DNA of 64,000 nt, taken from contig CAYONI010000003.1 of the NCBI GenBank assembly GCA_964405295.1, positions 5,159-69,158 of the forward strand. Reading direction: 5' to 3'. Position numbers and translations under genes: made by a program. Within the stretch, counting starts at the first letter, position 1. Every line of letters starts with the position of its first letter. The DNA is from an uncultured Methanosarcinales archaeon. GTDB taxonomy: Archaea > Nanobdellota > Nanobdellia > Woesearchaeales > CAYZNE01. The notes under the pieces are model-generated. The model was given only the letters and a program-made list of their open reading frames with translations. It made no database searches and was not told the DNA's origin. This document shows, in pieces, positions 18,035 to 28,478 of the stretch.

Positions 18035-19228
18035 ATGATTAAAGATTATTTTATAATTGCAACAAGAAGTATTGGCAATAGAAAAGCGAGAGCTTTTCTT
18101 ACAGTTCTTGGGATCATAATTAGTATTACTGCTATAGTTGCACTTATTCTTCTGGGCGAAGGATTAAAAGGTGCAATTAATGAACAATTTGAGAGTATGG
18201 GCACAAACATAATAATGGTTATACCCAAGGGAATGATGAGTGGTAGCATTGCAACCACAGAACTTCTTTCTATAGACGACGTAGATCATTTAGAGTCCAT
18301 GCCTTACTTTAAATATATTACACCAATGGCATATAAACCTGCAGAAAAAATAGGGTATAGAAATATGGGTGCGTACATTATGCTTAGCGGAGTTCCTTAT
18401 GATGACCTGAGTGAGAGAATGGGAGATTTTGATTGGGAATTCATATATGGAGGTTTCCCTGAAGAAAAGGAAACTCAGGGAGTAATTATTGGCTATTCAG
18501 TTTGGGAAGAAACTTTTGATGAAAAAATTCACGTAAATACAAATGTGATTATTGGTGGTGAAAAATTCAGAGTTATTGGAATTCTTGATAAAATTGGCAA
18601 CCAAGGAGATGATAACTCAATCATTATGGAAATTGGAAAATTTAGAGAAAAATATGATAGCCCTAGACAAGTTGATGCAATAACCTTAGAAGTAAAAAAA
18701 GGATTTGATGTTAATGAAGTTGCAGAGAGACTTGAAGTGCAATTGGAAAGACGAAGAGACGATGAAAATTTTGAAGTTTACACAATGACACAACTAATGA
18801 CCCAAGTTAATACAATGCTTGGAGGAGTAACATTTATGTTAAGTGCAATTGGATTCATATCACTTATCGTTGGCGGAATCGGAATTATGAATTCAATGTA
18901 TACCAACGTTTTAGAAAGAACAAATGAAATTGGGATTATGAAATCTATTGGTGCAAAAAATAAGGATGTCCTAAAAATATTCCTCATCGAATCAGGTATC
19001 ATTGGACTTATTGGAGGAATTATCGGTGTAATATTTGGCCAAATATTAACATTATACATTGCAGATATTATTACCAAAGCAAACTTTTTACCCATAGATA
19101 TCAGTATTAATTACCCTGTTCTTGGAGGAATGGTACTATTTGCTATTATTATTAGTTTAATCGCGGGTTATCTTCCTGCAAGACGAGCATCTAGACTTAA
19201 ACCTGTAGACGCTCTGAGGTATGATTAA
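18035..19228 (+). CDS. ABC transporter permease, FtsX/MacB family
   Basis: N-terminal TM, large extracytoplasmic domain, C-terminal FtsX 4-TM bundle. RARAFLTVLGIIISI. Confidence 0.85.
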   Translation: MIKDYFIIATRSIGNRKARAFLTVLGIIISITAIVALILLGEGLKGAINEQFESMGTNIIMVIPKGMMSGSIATTELLSIDDVDHLESMPYFKYITPMAYKPAEKIGYRNMGAYIMLSGVPYDDLSERMGDFDWEFIYGGFPEEKETQGVIIGYSVWEETFDEKIHVNTNVIIGGEKFRVIGILDKIGNQGDDNSIIMEIGKFREKYDSPRQVDAITLEVKKGFDVNEVAERLEVQLERRRDDENFEVYTMTQLMTQVNTMLGGVTFMLSAIGFISLIVGGIGIMNSMYTNVLERTNEIGIMKSIGAKNKDVLKIFLIESGIIGLIGGIIGVIFGQILTLYIADIITKANFLPIDISINYPVLGGMVLFAIIISLIAGYLPARRASRLKPVDALRYD

Positions 19229-19230
19229 AA

Positions 19231-20421
19231 ATGATGGAGTATATCAAAATTGTATTAAAGAACTTCAGGTCAAGAAGACTTAGAAGTTTCCTAACTTTAC
19301 TTGGAATAATTATTGGTATAGTTTCTATTATATTACTTTATTCTTTTGCAGAAAGCATTGAAGATCTTGTTTCTGATCAATTTGATAGACTTGGAACAAA
19401 CAAATTATTAATAGCATCTAAAGCAGTTGGATTTGGTGGACCCCCGTCAGGAACACAAGGCTTAACCACTGATGATGTTGACACAGTTAATCGAATTAAA
19501 GGTGTTGATTATTCGGTTTTTTATTACTCAGATAGTGTTCCAGTTGAAATAAAAAATGAAGAAATACTAATGAGTATTACTGGTATAGACACAACTCACA
19601 TTAATGATATGGCTCAAGAAATGGGTCGAGAATATCAAGATGGTCGAGGCTTTAACAATAAAGAACAGGGAAATGTTGTCATTATTGGTTCAAAAATTGA
19701 AGAAAGATTTGATGTTAATCTATTTGCAAAAAGCACAATAAAAATTAATGATAAAAATTTTAGAGTTGTAGGTATTATAAAAGAAACAGGAGATCAAACT
19801 ACTGATTTAACAATCCAAATACCAATTGAATCCATGAGAGATATCACAAATACTAATGACGAAATTACAGGAATCATGGCAATGATTCTTCCGGGTATTG
19901 ATATTGAAAAAGTTGGAACTAATATGGAGAAACACCTTGAAAGAGCAAGAGGAGATGATAATTTCATTGTTATTACCCCGACAGAAATACAAGAAATGGC
20001 TCAAGAAACAATAGGTGTTGTTAAATTGGTCATTCTTGCAATTGCAGGAATCTCATTACTTGTTGGAGGATTAGGAATTATGAATTCCATGTATACCTCT
20101 GTTCTTGAAAGAACAAATGAAATTGGAATAATGAAAGCGATTGGTGCAAAAAATAATGATATTCTTTCTATATTTTTATTAGAAGCAGGAATGCTAGGAT
20201 TTATTGGAGGACTCGCCTCTTTAGTGTTCAGTTTCTTAGTTATTCAACTTGCAAACATTATTATCTCTAGTTTAGACTTATTTAACTTAACTATTAAGCT
20301 TAAGCCAGAAATAGCTGCAGGAGCAATTATATTTGCAATATTAATTGGTATGGCTGCAGGCCTTTTCCCTGCATACAGGGCAATGAAGCTTAAGCCTGTG
20401 GATGCTTTACGATATGAGTAA
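19231..20421 (+). CDS. ABC transporter permease, FtsX/MacB family (paralog)
   Basis: Same architecture. LRSFLTLLGIIIGIVSI. Confidence 0.85.
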   Translation: MMEYIKIVLKNFRSRRLRSFLTLLGIIIGIVSIILLYSFAESIEDLVSDQFDRLGTNKLLIASKAVGFGGPPSGTQGLTTDDVDTVNRIKGVDYSVFYYSDSVPVEIKNEEILMSITGIDTTHINDMAQEMGREYQDGRGFNNKEQGNVVIIGSKIEERFDVNLFAKSTIKINDKNFRVVGIIKETGDQTTDLTIQIPIESMRDITNTNDEITGIMAMILPGIDIEKVGTNMEKHLERARGDDNFIVITPTEIQEMAQETIGVVKLVILAIAGISLLVGGLGIMNSMYTSVLERTNEIGIMKAIGAKNNDILSIFLLEAGMLGFIGGLASLVFSFLVIQLANIIISSLDLFNLTIKLKPEIAAGAIIFAILIGMAAGLFPAYRAMKLKPVDALRYE

Positions 20422-20447
20422 CATTTAAATACTCAAATGAATTCTCA

Positions 20448-20810
20448 TTGTTTAAGATGAATAATATACTAATAGAAACAATTAAAAACTTTGAAAAATT
20501 GGAAGGATTCCAAGATAAAAGCAGCACTATTACGGAAGAAATAAGCAAAATAACTAAGTACGAAGTAAACTTATTAGACAAACCAGTACCTAATGAACCA
20601 GAAAAGGTTACAGAATTAAGAGAATTCTATAAGAATAACGAACTATTTATGAAATTCTATCAAAAAATACATGGGCCAAATTCAGTAGTATTATTATCTG
20701 ATAATGCACCAGAAAATTTTGTTCAATTACCAGAATACCAAAACATTGCAATCCCAGTTGAGTGGAAAGAATTTTTAGGACCTCAAATAAAATACGCTAA
20801 ACTTCGTTAA
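20448..20810 (+). CDS. Hypothetical protein
   Basis: ORF only. Confidence 0.3.
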   Translation: MFKMNNILIETIKNFEKLEGFQDKSSTITEEISKITKYEVNLLDKPVPNEPEKVTELREFYKNNELFMKFYQKIHGPNSVVLLSDNAPENFVQLPEYQNIAIPVEWKEFLGPQIKYAKLR

Positions 20811-21150
20811 ACTCTAAAACATCACCGACTTTAATGTTTCTATTTGCAGAAAGAAGTTCTACCATATACTTAAATCTTGTTTTAGGATCATAGTTGAATA
20901 CAAATGGTTTAATATTCTTTTTTATCTTAACTACTCTGAACTTTTCATCTAAGAAAAGAATATCTAATTCAAAGAAAACAAACAACATAGTTACACAATA
21001 TTTCTTTTTTTGGTTTAAATGAAATAAGAATGCTTTATTTTTGCAAAATGCTTTTGTTCGAAACATTAATCCTACACCTATTTGATGAATAGATTTGAAG
21101 TTAATAACCTTTTTTGCAATAACTTTTTTTGTTTTCTTATTGATTAACAT
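20797..21150 (-). CDS. DUF192 (COG1430) family protein
   Basis: IGVGLMFR...YCVTMLFVFF...DILFLDEKFRVV matches the GLMFR / D-x-FLD pattern of DUF192. Confidence 0.6.
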   Translation of the reverse strand: MLINKKTKKVIAKKVINFKSIHQIGVGLMFRTKAFCKNKAFLFHLNQKKKYCVTMLFVFFELDILFLDEKFRVVKIKKNIKPFVFNYDPKTRFKYMVELLSANRNIKVGDVLEFNEV

Positions 21151-21195
21151 TAAATTAAAAATAGAATAAGATGTTTATAAAAGTTGTTGAAAAAT

Positions 21196-21275
21196 ATTCA
21201 ATAAATATTAATGTTTATTAACACCGAAAAAACAAAATTAACATTTTGGTCATTCAACAAAGTTGAATAAAACGG
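21196..21275 (+). repeat. Copy 7 (variant with an insertion module ttggtcattcaacaaagttgaataaa) of the dispersed hairpin element
   Basis: attcaataaatattaatgtttattaacaccgaaaaaac...ttttggtcattcaacaaagttgaataaaacgg. Downstream of the 21302-22330 stop. Confidence 0.55.
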
Positions 21276-21301
21276 AATTAAAATAAAATAATAAAAAAGA
21301 A

Positions 21302-22330
21302 TTATTTATTAGCCTTACGTCTTTGTTGATATTGACGTTTTTGAGCCTCTTTCTGCTTACCCTTATTTAGTTTTTCATAAGGTGCAGGCTTAACAGCTCC
21401 TTGTGTAGTAAGACACTTAGTACCATCACCGCCTCTAGGATTTCCTAAAAACTTTAGAATAGAATCTCCTGTTTTAGTAAGCTTTTCAAGCATACTTGTG
21501 CTTAACTCACCATCTCCTTCAGTTGGCAGAGTCTTACCCTTGTAGGAAACAATATCCACTTTTGTTTTATATTTATCAGCAATTTTCTTTGCAGATAAAG
21601 TATCTGATGGAACATATGCGCCTCCAAGATATTTAGTGATTAATTTATCTAAAGAAACTTCAAGTAAAAAATTTCTAATCTGACTCTGTTTGTCTGCGCT
21701 GATTTCTAATGATTTTAGTTTTTTCCCATCTGTACCGAGCATATAAGTTATTTTTAATTCTCCATCATCACCTTTATCATTAGGATCTCCAACAGAAGAC
21801 ATGGTTACAGAGTATCCGAGAAGCTCATGTTCACTTCCAGTAACTCTTTTCATTGTACAATCATAATCATTGATTTGATTTCCTACTGATCTACCAGGGC
21901 GAGTACTAGAAATAAAATCTCTTATTTTATTATGATATTGTATTAAACGAGTAATAGGTATTAACGCATCATCTTTTGAATCTTCAACTACAAAAGATGC
22001 ATTACTCTCAAGATCAGCCAAAACGGAATCTTCTAAAGAGTAAGACCACATTCCTAAACTGTCTGCTCTCATAGGATGATTAACAGTTAAATCAACAGAA
22101 GTAATATTATAATCCCTGTCGGTTATAATTGATCCAATCAATAAATTATCAGGATCATTCAGCTTAAATGTTAATTCAGATGAAGAAGTAAAAAGCTCTC
22201 CTTTAGATTTTGCAGTTTGAAATTTAGCAAAAGGTTCATCAGTTTGTGAACAGGAAACTATAGCTCCTGCACCTAAAGCTATCAAAATCAATCTTGTTAA
22301 TGAATTATTAATGGGGTTTAGTCCTTTCAT
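21302..22330 (-). CDS. Secreted lipoprotein-like hypothetical protein with a basic C-terminal tail
   Basis: Signal peptide ending ...AIVSCSQT (lipobox-like). C-terminal KGKQKEAQKRQYQQRRKANK. Confidence 0.4.
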   Translation of the reverse strand: MKGLNPINNSLTRLILIALGAGAIVSCSQTDEPFAKFQTAKSKGELFTSSSELTFKLNDPDNLLIGSIITDRDYNITSVDLTVNHPMRADSLGMWSYSLEDSVLADLESNASFVVEDSKDDALIPITRLIQYHNKIRDFISSTRPGRSVGNQINDYDCTMKRVTGSEHELLGYSVTMSSVGDPNDKGDDGELKITYMLGTDGKKLKSLEISADKQSQIRNFLLEVSLDKLITKYLGGAYVPSDTLSAKKIADKYKTKVDIVSYKGKTLPTEGDGELSTSMLEKLTKTGDSILKFLGNPRGGDGTKCLTTQGAVKPAPYEKLNKGKQKEAQKRQYQQRRKANK

Positions 22331-22469
22331 TTTATTTTCACCTCATTTGTGATTTAATTAATGTTATTACTATTTAGTGATAATAATCCTTTATATATTT
22401 TTCTGTTTTCCTTTATAAACAGACTGAAATTGCACTACATTTATAAACATTTATACTAAATTTTGAAAT

Positions 22470-22712
22470 ATGAAATTTGATACTAAACATGAGGTAGTAG
22501 GCTGGACCGGAATGACACTAATTCTTGTGGCCTATGCATTTAATGCATTTAATTTAGTGGGCACAGAAAGCCTTTTCTACGCATTATTCAACATTATAGG
22601 CTCTGCAGGCATCATATACGCTTCATTCTACAAAAAAGATTATCAACCAGTTGTTCTAAACTTTGTATGGATTGCAATTGCAATACTTCTAATGATTAAG
22701 GCCTTAATATAG
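22470..22712 (+). CDS. Small membrane protein (2-3 TM)
   Basis: Hydrophobic 80-aa ORF. Confidence 0.35.
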   Translation: MKFDTKHEVVGWTGMTLILVAYAFNAFNLVGTESLFYALFNIIGSAGIIYASFYKKDYQPVVLNFVWIAIAILLMIKALI

Positions 22713-23517
22713 AAGTTTCATCAATAAGCTGCTTAAAATAACAATCAACTCTAGTATCGCCTATAAACTTTGTTAGAAGCGTTATCGCCTCATAAGAAGT
22801 GATAACTCCACCTTTAGCCATTGCGAACTGATCATACTTAGCCTGGGGCCTTCTCCCTGAAAATTCACCTTTAGTTTTAGGATTACCTGTTCCTGATTGC
22901 AGCATAGAAAAATGTTCTTTACTAAAACTAAAAAGATGTGAATCAGTATGAATACAGTATTTTAAATCCTTATCAAAAACACAATGAAAATAAGTTTGAT
23001 TTCTTTCTCCTCTATTTTTATGTTTAGGCTGTTTTAACTTTTTCACTTCTAATTGAATATTAGAGTCTTTGAGTCTTTCCCAAACAAAAGTAAAATTATA
23101 AGCCTTATTATATGTCTTTTTTAACTCAGCACCTTCATTATAAACATTATCAGATTCACGTCCAGTTATTGAAATTATTCTAGAAATATCGGATTTAGCA
23201 ATAGGATAACAATACTGATTCTGAATCTCAACTTTTCTCAATGAATTAGTCTTTTTGGATTTTAACTTATGCCATCTTTTCTGATTTTCAGTAAATTCAA
23301 TATAAAATATCCCCTGATAAATTTTATTTAACTCCACTAATTCTTTTAAGAAATTCACCCTCCTAAAAACATAAGAATAATATAACTTTCTATCCCTAAA
23401 CTGAGATTTAAGCTTAAAATAACTCTTACCTGAATTCTTAGAATCAATATTAAGAACAATATCATCAATACAAATCAAAGTATTACCAGACTTTGTTAAA
23501 ATTCTTGGTTCAGACAT
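22696..23517 (-). CDS. Hypothetical protein (273 aa)
   Basis: ORF only. Divergent from the AAA+/vWA pair. Confidence 0.35.
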   Translation of the reverse strand: MSEPRILTKSGNTLICIDDIVLNIDSKNSGKSYFKLKSQFRDRKLYYSYVFRRVNFLKELVELNKIYQGIFYIEFTENQKRWHKLKSKKTNSLRKVEIQNQYCYPIAKSDISRIISITGRESDNVYNEGAELKKTYNKAYNFTFVWERLKDSNIQLEVKKLKQPKHKNRGERNQTYFHCVFDKDLKYCIHTDSHLFSFSKEHFSMLQSGTGNPKTKGEFSGRRPQAKYDQFAMAKGGVITSYEAITLLTKFIGDTRVDCYFKQLIDETSILRP

Positions 23518-23710
23518 AATTTAAGAGAATTAACTAAAGAATATAAATCTTACTCTAAATTATAACAAAAATCCACAATTTTTATGCATTTTTGAACTTA
23601 CAAGAAACTTATCTACAATCTAAAAACATAAGGATTACAAGCATTCTTGTAAATAACAAAATATATAAACCTAAACACAATCTGGATAGGGACCACATAG
23701 GAGGTGTAAA

Positions 23711-24724
23711 ATGGAATTTTATGATGAACTAAGAAAAAACTTACTAAACTTTAGCTTTGATGATATTATAGGAAATGAAACTGCTAAGAAACAGGTGAAA
23801 TCTGCTTTATACGCAAGAAGACCAATAATTATTGTTGGACCGCCAGGGATTGGAAAAACAACACTATCAAAGCAGGTATCAAATATTCTACCGATAAAAG
23901 AAGTTAATGATTGCGGGTTTAATTGTTTACCAGAAAAACCCTCTTGCCCATATTGCATTGAGAAAACCGCAAAAGGAGAAAAAATACAAACAAAAAAAGT
24001 TAGCTCTGAAGATTTATTTGTTAGAGTACAAGGATCACCTGATCTAACTGCAGAAGATTTAATTGGAGACATTGATCCAGTCCTGGCAATGAAGCATGGA
24101 GCACTATCTCTGGAAGCATTTACCCCTGGAAAAATATTCAAGGCAAACAATGGAATATTATTTTTTGATGAGATTAATAGGTGTTCTGAAAAGCTACAAA
24201 ACGCATTATTACAAGTTCTAGAAGAAAGAAAAGTTACAGTGGGAAGTTATACTTTTGATTTTAATGTTGACTTTATATTTCTAGGAACAATGAATCCAGA
24301 AGATTCAAGCACAGAAACATTGAGTGATGTTTTCGTCGATAGATTTGATTTGGTCTACATGGATTACCCAGACACTCTAGAAGAAGAAAAAACAATTCTA
24401 AATTCTAAAGACATACATTATGCAGAGTTTCCAGAAAAACTAAAAAATTTTATTGTAACATATATTCAAGCCCTTAGAGAATCACAAGATCTAGAAAAAC
24501 ATCCGGGTGTAAGAGCAACATTAGGATTATATGAACGAGCACAGACAAATGCAGTTATCAATGGTAGAAATAAAGTTAAGATGAAGGATATTGAAGAAGT
24601 ATTCATATCTGTTCTTGCACACAGAATAAAACTAAAACCAAGTGTAGCATACACGAAGAGCACCGAAGATTTCTTAAGAAGCACATTCAATTCTCAAGCT
24701 GAAAAAACAGAAAATACTACCTGA
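23711..24724 (+). CDS. AAA+ ATPase of the ChlI/BchI (Mg-chelatase-like, COG1239) / MoxR class with a Cys4 zinc-finger insertion
   Basis: Walker A GPPGIGKTT. Walker B ILFFDEINR. Sensor GTMNPED. Insert CGFNC...CPYC. Confidence 0.8.
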   Translation: MEFYDELRKNLLNFSFDDIIGNETAKKQVKSALYARRPIIIVGPPGIGKTTLSKQVSNILPIKEVNDCGFNCLPEKPSCPYCIEKTAKGEKIQTKKVSSEDLFVRVQGSPDLTAEDLIGDIDPVLAMKHGALSLEAFTPGKIFKANNGILFFDEINRCSEKLQNALLQVLEERKVTVGSYTFDFNVDFIFLGTMNPEDSSTETLSDVFVDRFDLVYMDYPDTLEEEKTILNSKDIHYAEFPEKLKNFIVTYIQALRESQDLEKHPGVRATLGLYERAQTNAVINGRNKVKMKDIEEVFISVLAHRIKLKPSVAYTKSTEDFLRSTFNSQAEKTENTT

Positions 24725-24794
24725 CCCAAAAGGAATTGGAACGAGTACTAAAGATTTCGAAAGCTATTCTCCTATTGAAGAAAAAGAAGGTAAT

Positions 24795-25910
24795 ATGCAA
24801 AAATCAGGGAAAGAAAACAAGCTAATGAGTAGTGTTGACTCAGGTTCTACTGACAAAAAAGACGGCAAAGTTGCAGAAGATATGGTTAACAATTCTGTTG
24901 GAAGTTTTGTTCCAGATATTGTGTTTCAAAACATGGCCAGAGATTTTAAGAATGCAAAAAATCTTTATGGAGAAACAATTATTAGAGAACTAACAGACTT
25001 TGAACCAGGCTACATAGAGAAAAATATTAATATTCCTGAATTCAAAAGAGAACTCAAAAAAAATATTGCTGCAAATGTGAAAAACCTTAAGTCTAAAGGA
25101 GTAATAAACTCAGATTATGTTCTTACAGAAGCAGGACTTGATCTAGCGGCAGTTGAGTTATGTAATTCTGAACTTGAAAAACTAAAAATAAAAGGGTATG
25201 GCAATAAAAAAACAAAAGAGCACTATACTTATGGAGAAAAAGAAGATTATTCTAATTTTAAAACAGGAAATAGATACAAGGATGTCTCTGTTGCACAGAG
25301 TGTTAAGAATGCTGCACGAAGAAAGCATAAAGAAATTCGGACAACAGACATAAAAGTTTATGATCGTAAAAGAACCGGAAAAATAGATGTAGTTTACTGC
25401 CTAGATTCAAGTGGAAGTATGAAAGGGAATAAGCTTGGCCTGAGCAAAAGAGCAGGAGTTGCACTTGCATATAAAGCAATACTAGACAAAAACAGAGTTG
25501 GGCTATTAGTTTTTGATTCTGAAATAAGAAAAATTGTTCCTTTAACAAATAATTTTAATTTAATTTTATCTGAATTAGTTAGAATAAGAGCAAGAAATCA
25601 AACTAATATAAATAAAGTTATATCAGAAGCATCTGAAATTCTAAACAAAAGTAAAAACACAAAGCACATAGTTATTCTAAGCGATGCAATGCCAAACATA
25701 GGTGAAGTAGAAAGTGTTTACGAAGCCACAGCAGTTGCAGCAAGTAGGGGAATAACTGTTTCTTTTATAGGAGTTGAACTCGATAAAAAAGGCGCTGAAG
25801 TTGCAGAGAAAACTGTTGAAATTGGAAAAGGTAGACTCTACAAAGTTTCCAAAATGGACAACATAGATTCTATACTTTTAGAAGACTACGAATTTGCAAA
25901 GAAAGGATAA
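24795..25910 (+). CDS. von Willebrand factor type A (vWA) domain protein, ChlD-like partner (COG1240-like)
   Basis: MIDAS motif VVYCLDSSGSM in the C-terminal half. Follows the ChlI-like ATPase. Confidence 0.75.
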   Translation: MQKSGKENKLMSSVDSGSTDKKDGKVAEDMVNNSVGSFVPDIVFQNMARDFKNAKNLYGETIIRELTDFEPGYIEKNINIPEFKRELKKNIAANVKNLKSKGVINSDYVLTEAGLDLAAVELCNSELEKLKIKGYGNKKTKEHYTYGEKEDYSNFKTGNRYKDVSVAQSVKNAARRKHKEIRTTDIKVYDRKRTGKIDVVYCLDSSGSMKGNKLGLSKRAGVALAYKAILDKNRVGLLVFDSEIRKIVPLTNNFNLILSELVRIRARNQTNINKVISEASEILNKSKNTKHIVILSDAMPNIGEVESVYEATAVAASRGITVSFIGVELDKKGAEVAEKTVEIGKGRLYKVSKMDNIDSILLEDYEFAKKG

Positions 25911-25929
25911 ATTAAAAAAAGAATAAAAA

Positions 25930-27612
25930 CTACTTTTTTGCTCTTCCACCACGAGGAGCACCTCTAGGTTTTGGAGCACTTCTTCTTGGGCCAGAACTTC
26001 CACCACGAGGAGCTGAACTTCTTCCTCTGGGTGCAGAACTTCTTGGAGCAGAACTAAATCTTTTCTCAGATGAAGAACCCCTACTAGAACTACGTGCTGA
26101 ATCTCTTCTAGAACGTGAATTATCTCTTGAAGATCCACCTTCGGTGTCATAACCGCTACGACCTTGAGAAGATGATCTTCCTCTTGGAGCAGAACTTCTA
26201 AAACTTGAACTTCCACCACGAGAACTTGAACCCCTTGGAGCAGAACTTCTAGGTGCAGAACTTCTTCCGTCAGAAGAGGTTGCATTACCATAACTTCTAC
26301 CACGAGTACCTCTACCAGAAGAATATCCTCTTTCTCTAGACCCACTTCTAGAACCAGAATTATAATCTCTACCTCTAGAACTTGAACCTCTTTCAGAATC
26401 ATAACCACCACGAGAACCACCACGAGAACCACCACGAGAACCACCACGACCAGAATCTCTTCCACCAAATCTTGTTTTAGGTGAAGTTTTTTGCATTTCA
26501 ATCCTTGGAACTTTTGGCATTGGAAGTTCTTCAATATTAACTTTTTGTTCACTTAATAATCTTGTGTAATTTTCATAATCTCTCTTTGTAAGAAGAGTTA
26601 TTGCAATCCCATCTTCCCCTGCACGAGCAGTTCTACCAATTCTATGGATATATTGTTTACTATCATTAGTAACATCATAATTGTATACATGAGAAACTCC
26701 CTTTATGTCAAGTCCTCTTGCAGCAACATCAGTACAAACAAGAACTGTAACAGTTTTTGAATGAAACTTTCCAAGTGTTTTACTTCTCTTTTCTTGAGAA
26801 AGACCACCATGAATTGCAGTTGCATTAATTCCCTGAGCTTTTAAATTGTCAGCCACATAATCAACATTGTTTCTTGTATTACAAAAAATCATCACTAAAC
26901 CAGGAGTTTCTTCTTTCAATAAATAAACAAGCAAAGGAAACTTTGAATTTGATCCAGCATCATAAAAAACTTGCTTAAGCAATTTAGGGTCGATCCTTGA
27001 AGCAGCATTAACTCTCACAGGAGAATTCATATATTTCTTTGCAATAGACATCACTGCATTTGAGATAGTTGCAGAAAACAATAGTGTTTGCCTTTTCTTT
27101 GGGCAATGAGATAAAATTTCTCTTATATCATCAATAAATCCCATGTCAAACATTCTATCTGCTTCATCAAGTATTACAGTAGAAACCCTACTTAAATCGA
27201 TTGTTCCTCTACCAAGATGGTCTAAAAGCCTTCCAGGTGTTGCAACTACGATATCTGCTTTTCTCAATGCAGACATTTGCGGATTAATAGATACTCCTCC
27301 ATAAATTAATGCTATTCTTAGTTTTCTATTCTTTGAAAACTTAATTATTTCATCAGAAATTTGGTGAGCTAATTCTCTTGTCGGAGACAAAATTAATGCT
27401 TGTATGCCTTTAGTAGGCATAGTACTTTGTAAGATTCCAACACTAAATGCTAGAGTCTTACCAGATCCAGTTGCAGATTCTGCAACAACGTCTTTTCCTT
27501 CCAAAACTAGAGGAATTGATTTTACCTGTATTTCTGTTGGCTCGTCAAATCCTTGTTTTGCAATTACTTTTAATATAGTGTCTGATAGACCTAATTCTTT
27601 AAATTTTTCCAT
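25930..27612 (-). CDS. DEAD-box ATP-dependent RNA helicase with a long RGG/SR-rich low-complexity C-terminal tail
   Basis: Q-motif region. AESATGSGKTLAF. VILDEADRMFDMGF. SAT and HRIGRTAR motifs. About 180-aa Arg/Gly/Ser tail encoded by 12-bp tandem repeats. Confidence 0.9.
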   Translation of the reverse strand: MEKFKELGLSDTILKVIAKQGFDEPTEIQVKSIPLVLEGKDVVAESATGSGKTLAFSVGILQSTMPTKGIQALILSPTRELAHQISDEIIKFSKNRKLRIALIYGGVSINPQMSALRKADIVVATPGRLLDHLGRGTIDLSRVSTVILDEADRMFDMGFIDDIREILSHCPKKRQTLLFSATISNAVMSIAKKYMNSPVRVNAASRIDPKLLKQVFYDAGSNSKFPLLVYLLKEETPGLVMIFCNTRNNVDYVADNLKAQGINATAIHGGLSQEKRSKTLGKFHSKTVTVLVCTDVAARGLDIKGVSHVYNYDVTNDSKQYIHRIGRTARAGEDGIAITLLTKRDYENYTRLLSEQKVNIEELPMPKVPRIEMQKTSPKTRFGGRDSGRGGSRGGSRGGSRGGYDSERGSSSRGRDYNSGSRSGSRERGYSSGRGTRGRSYGNATSSDGRSSAPRSSAPRGSSSRGGSSSFRSSAPRGRSSSQGRSGYDTEGGSSRDNSRSRRDSARSSSRGSSSEKRFSSAPRSSAPRGRSSAPRGGSSGPRRSAPKPRGAPRGGRAKK

Positions 27613-27800
27613 TTTAAAATATTAAGAAAGCGTACAAAAATAAATATGGAATTTTAAGATATCTTTTATCTGTGTTACTCTCCTTTCGGAAAGCTTAAAT
27701 TCAAAAATTTTTAAGTTTGTTACTTCCTTACCTCTTATGTTAATAACACTTAGAATCCCGGTTTTATTTATAAATCTTTAGGGTTTATTTAATAAAAAAT

Positions 27801-28478
27801 CTAAATTATTATAACTTCTCCATCACGCAAAGACTTAAACTTAACACCTTTAGTTTTCAAATCCTTAACTAACTTATTAATTTTATCAGATTCTTTATGA
27901 CCTGATTGAAAATGTGGAATAATCAAAAAATCTATAAGGTTTAACCCATCCCAAATAATATTTGTTTTGTAAGGATCTGCAGTTTTATCATCAACCACAT
28001 CTAAATATTTTAAACTAGGGCCTAATACACAAACACCTGCACTATAACCGCCATAAACTATGTCTATCTCAGAAATAACACTATCAAACCCACTAAGCTT
28101 CATAGCTTGGCGCAAAACGAATACATTACCTCCCCTAACCCAAACTATATCAAAAGACTGTAATTTTTTCTTCAAATCTTCTTTTTTCCCAAAATATTTT
28201 CGCAAATCTATTTTTTCAATAGAAAAACCTAATTTATGTAAGTCAGCATAATCTTTCTCTTCACTAATTTTTCGTCTTTCAGAATCATTGGAAAAGTCCA
28301 AGGCATTTGATATATATGCTAACTTTTTACCGGATAATTTTCGGAGTTTTCCGGATTCATTACCTACTTTATAAGACGAAAGATAAAATTTCATATTATC
28401 GTATAGAACACCCTTTTTTATATATTTTTTGCATTTAAGAAAGATATTTAAATTTGATAAACTTTCACTAATTATCAT
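27801..28478 (-). CDS. Peptidase S51 family (dipeptidase E / cyanophycinase-like, class I glutamine-amidotransferase fold)
   Basis: FDIVWVRGGNVFVLRQAMKLSG and IVYGGYSAGVCVLGP are hallmark S51 segments. The probable start is the internal Met MKFYLSSY. Confidence 0.65.
   Translation of the reverse strand: MIISESLSNLNIFLKCKKYIKKGVLYDNMKFYLSSYKVGNESGKLRKLSGKKLAYISNALDFSNDSERRKISEEKDYADLHKLGFSIEKIDLRKYFGKKEDLKKKLQSFDIVWVRGGNVFVLRQAMKLSGFDSVISEIDIVYGGYSAGVCVLGPSLKYLDVVDDKTADPYKTNIIWDGLNLIDFLIIPHFQSGHKESDKINKLVKDLKTKGVKFKSLRDGEVIII

Noticed and set aside
25878-26552. 224-aa reverse-frame ORF with (VVLVVV)n low-complexity sequence
   Set aside because: It lies entirely inside the DEAD-box helicase gene on the same strand but in another frame. 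It is an artefact of the 12-bp RGG-coding repeats and not a gene.
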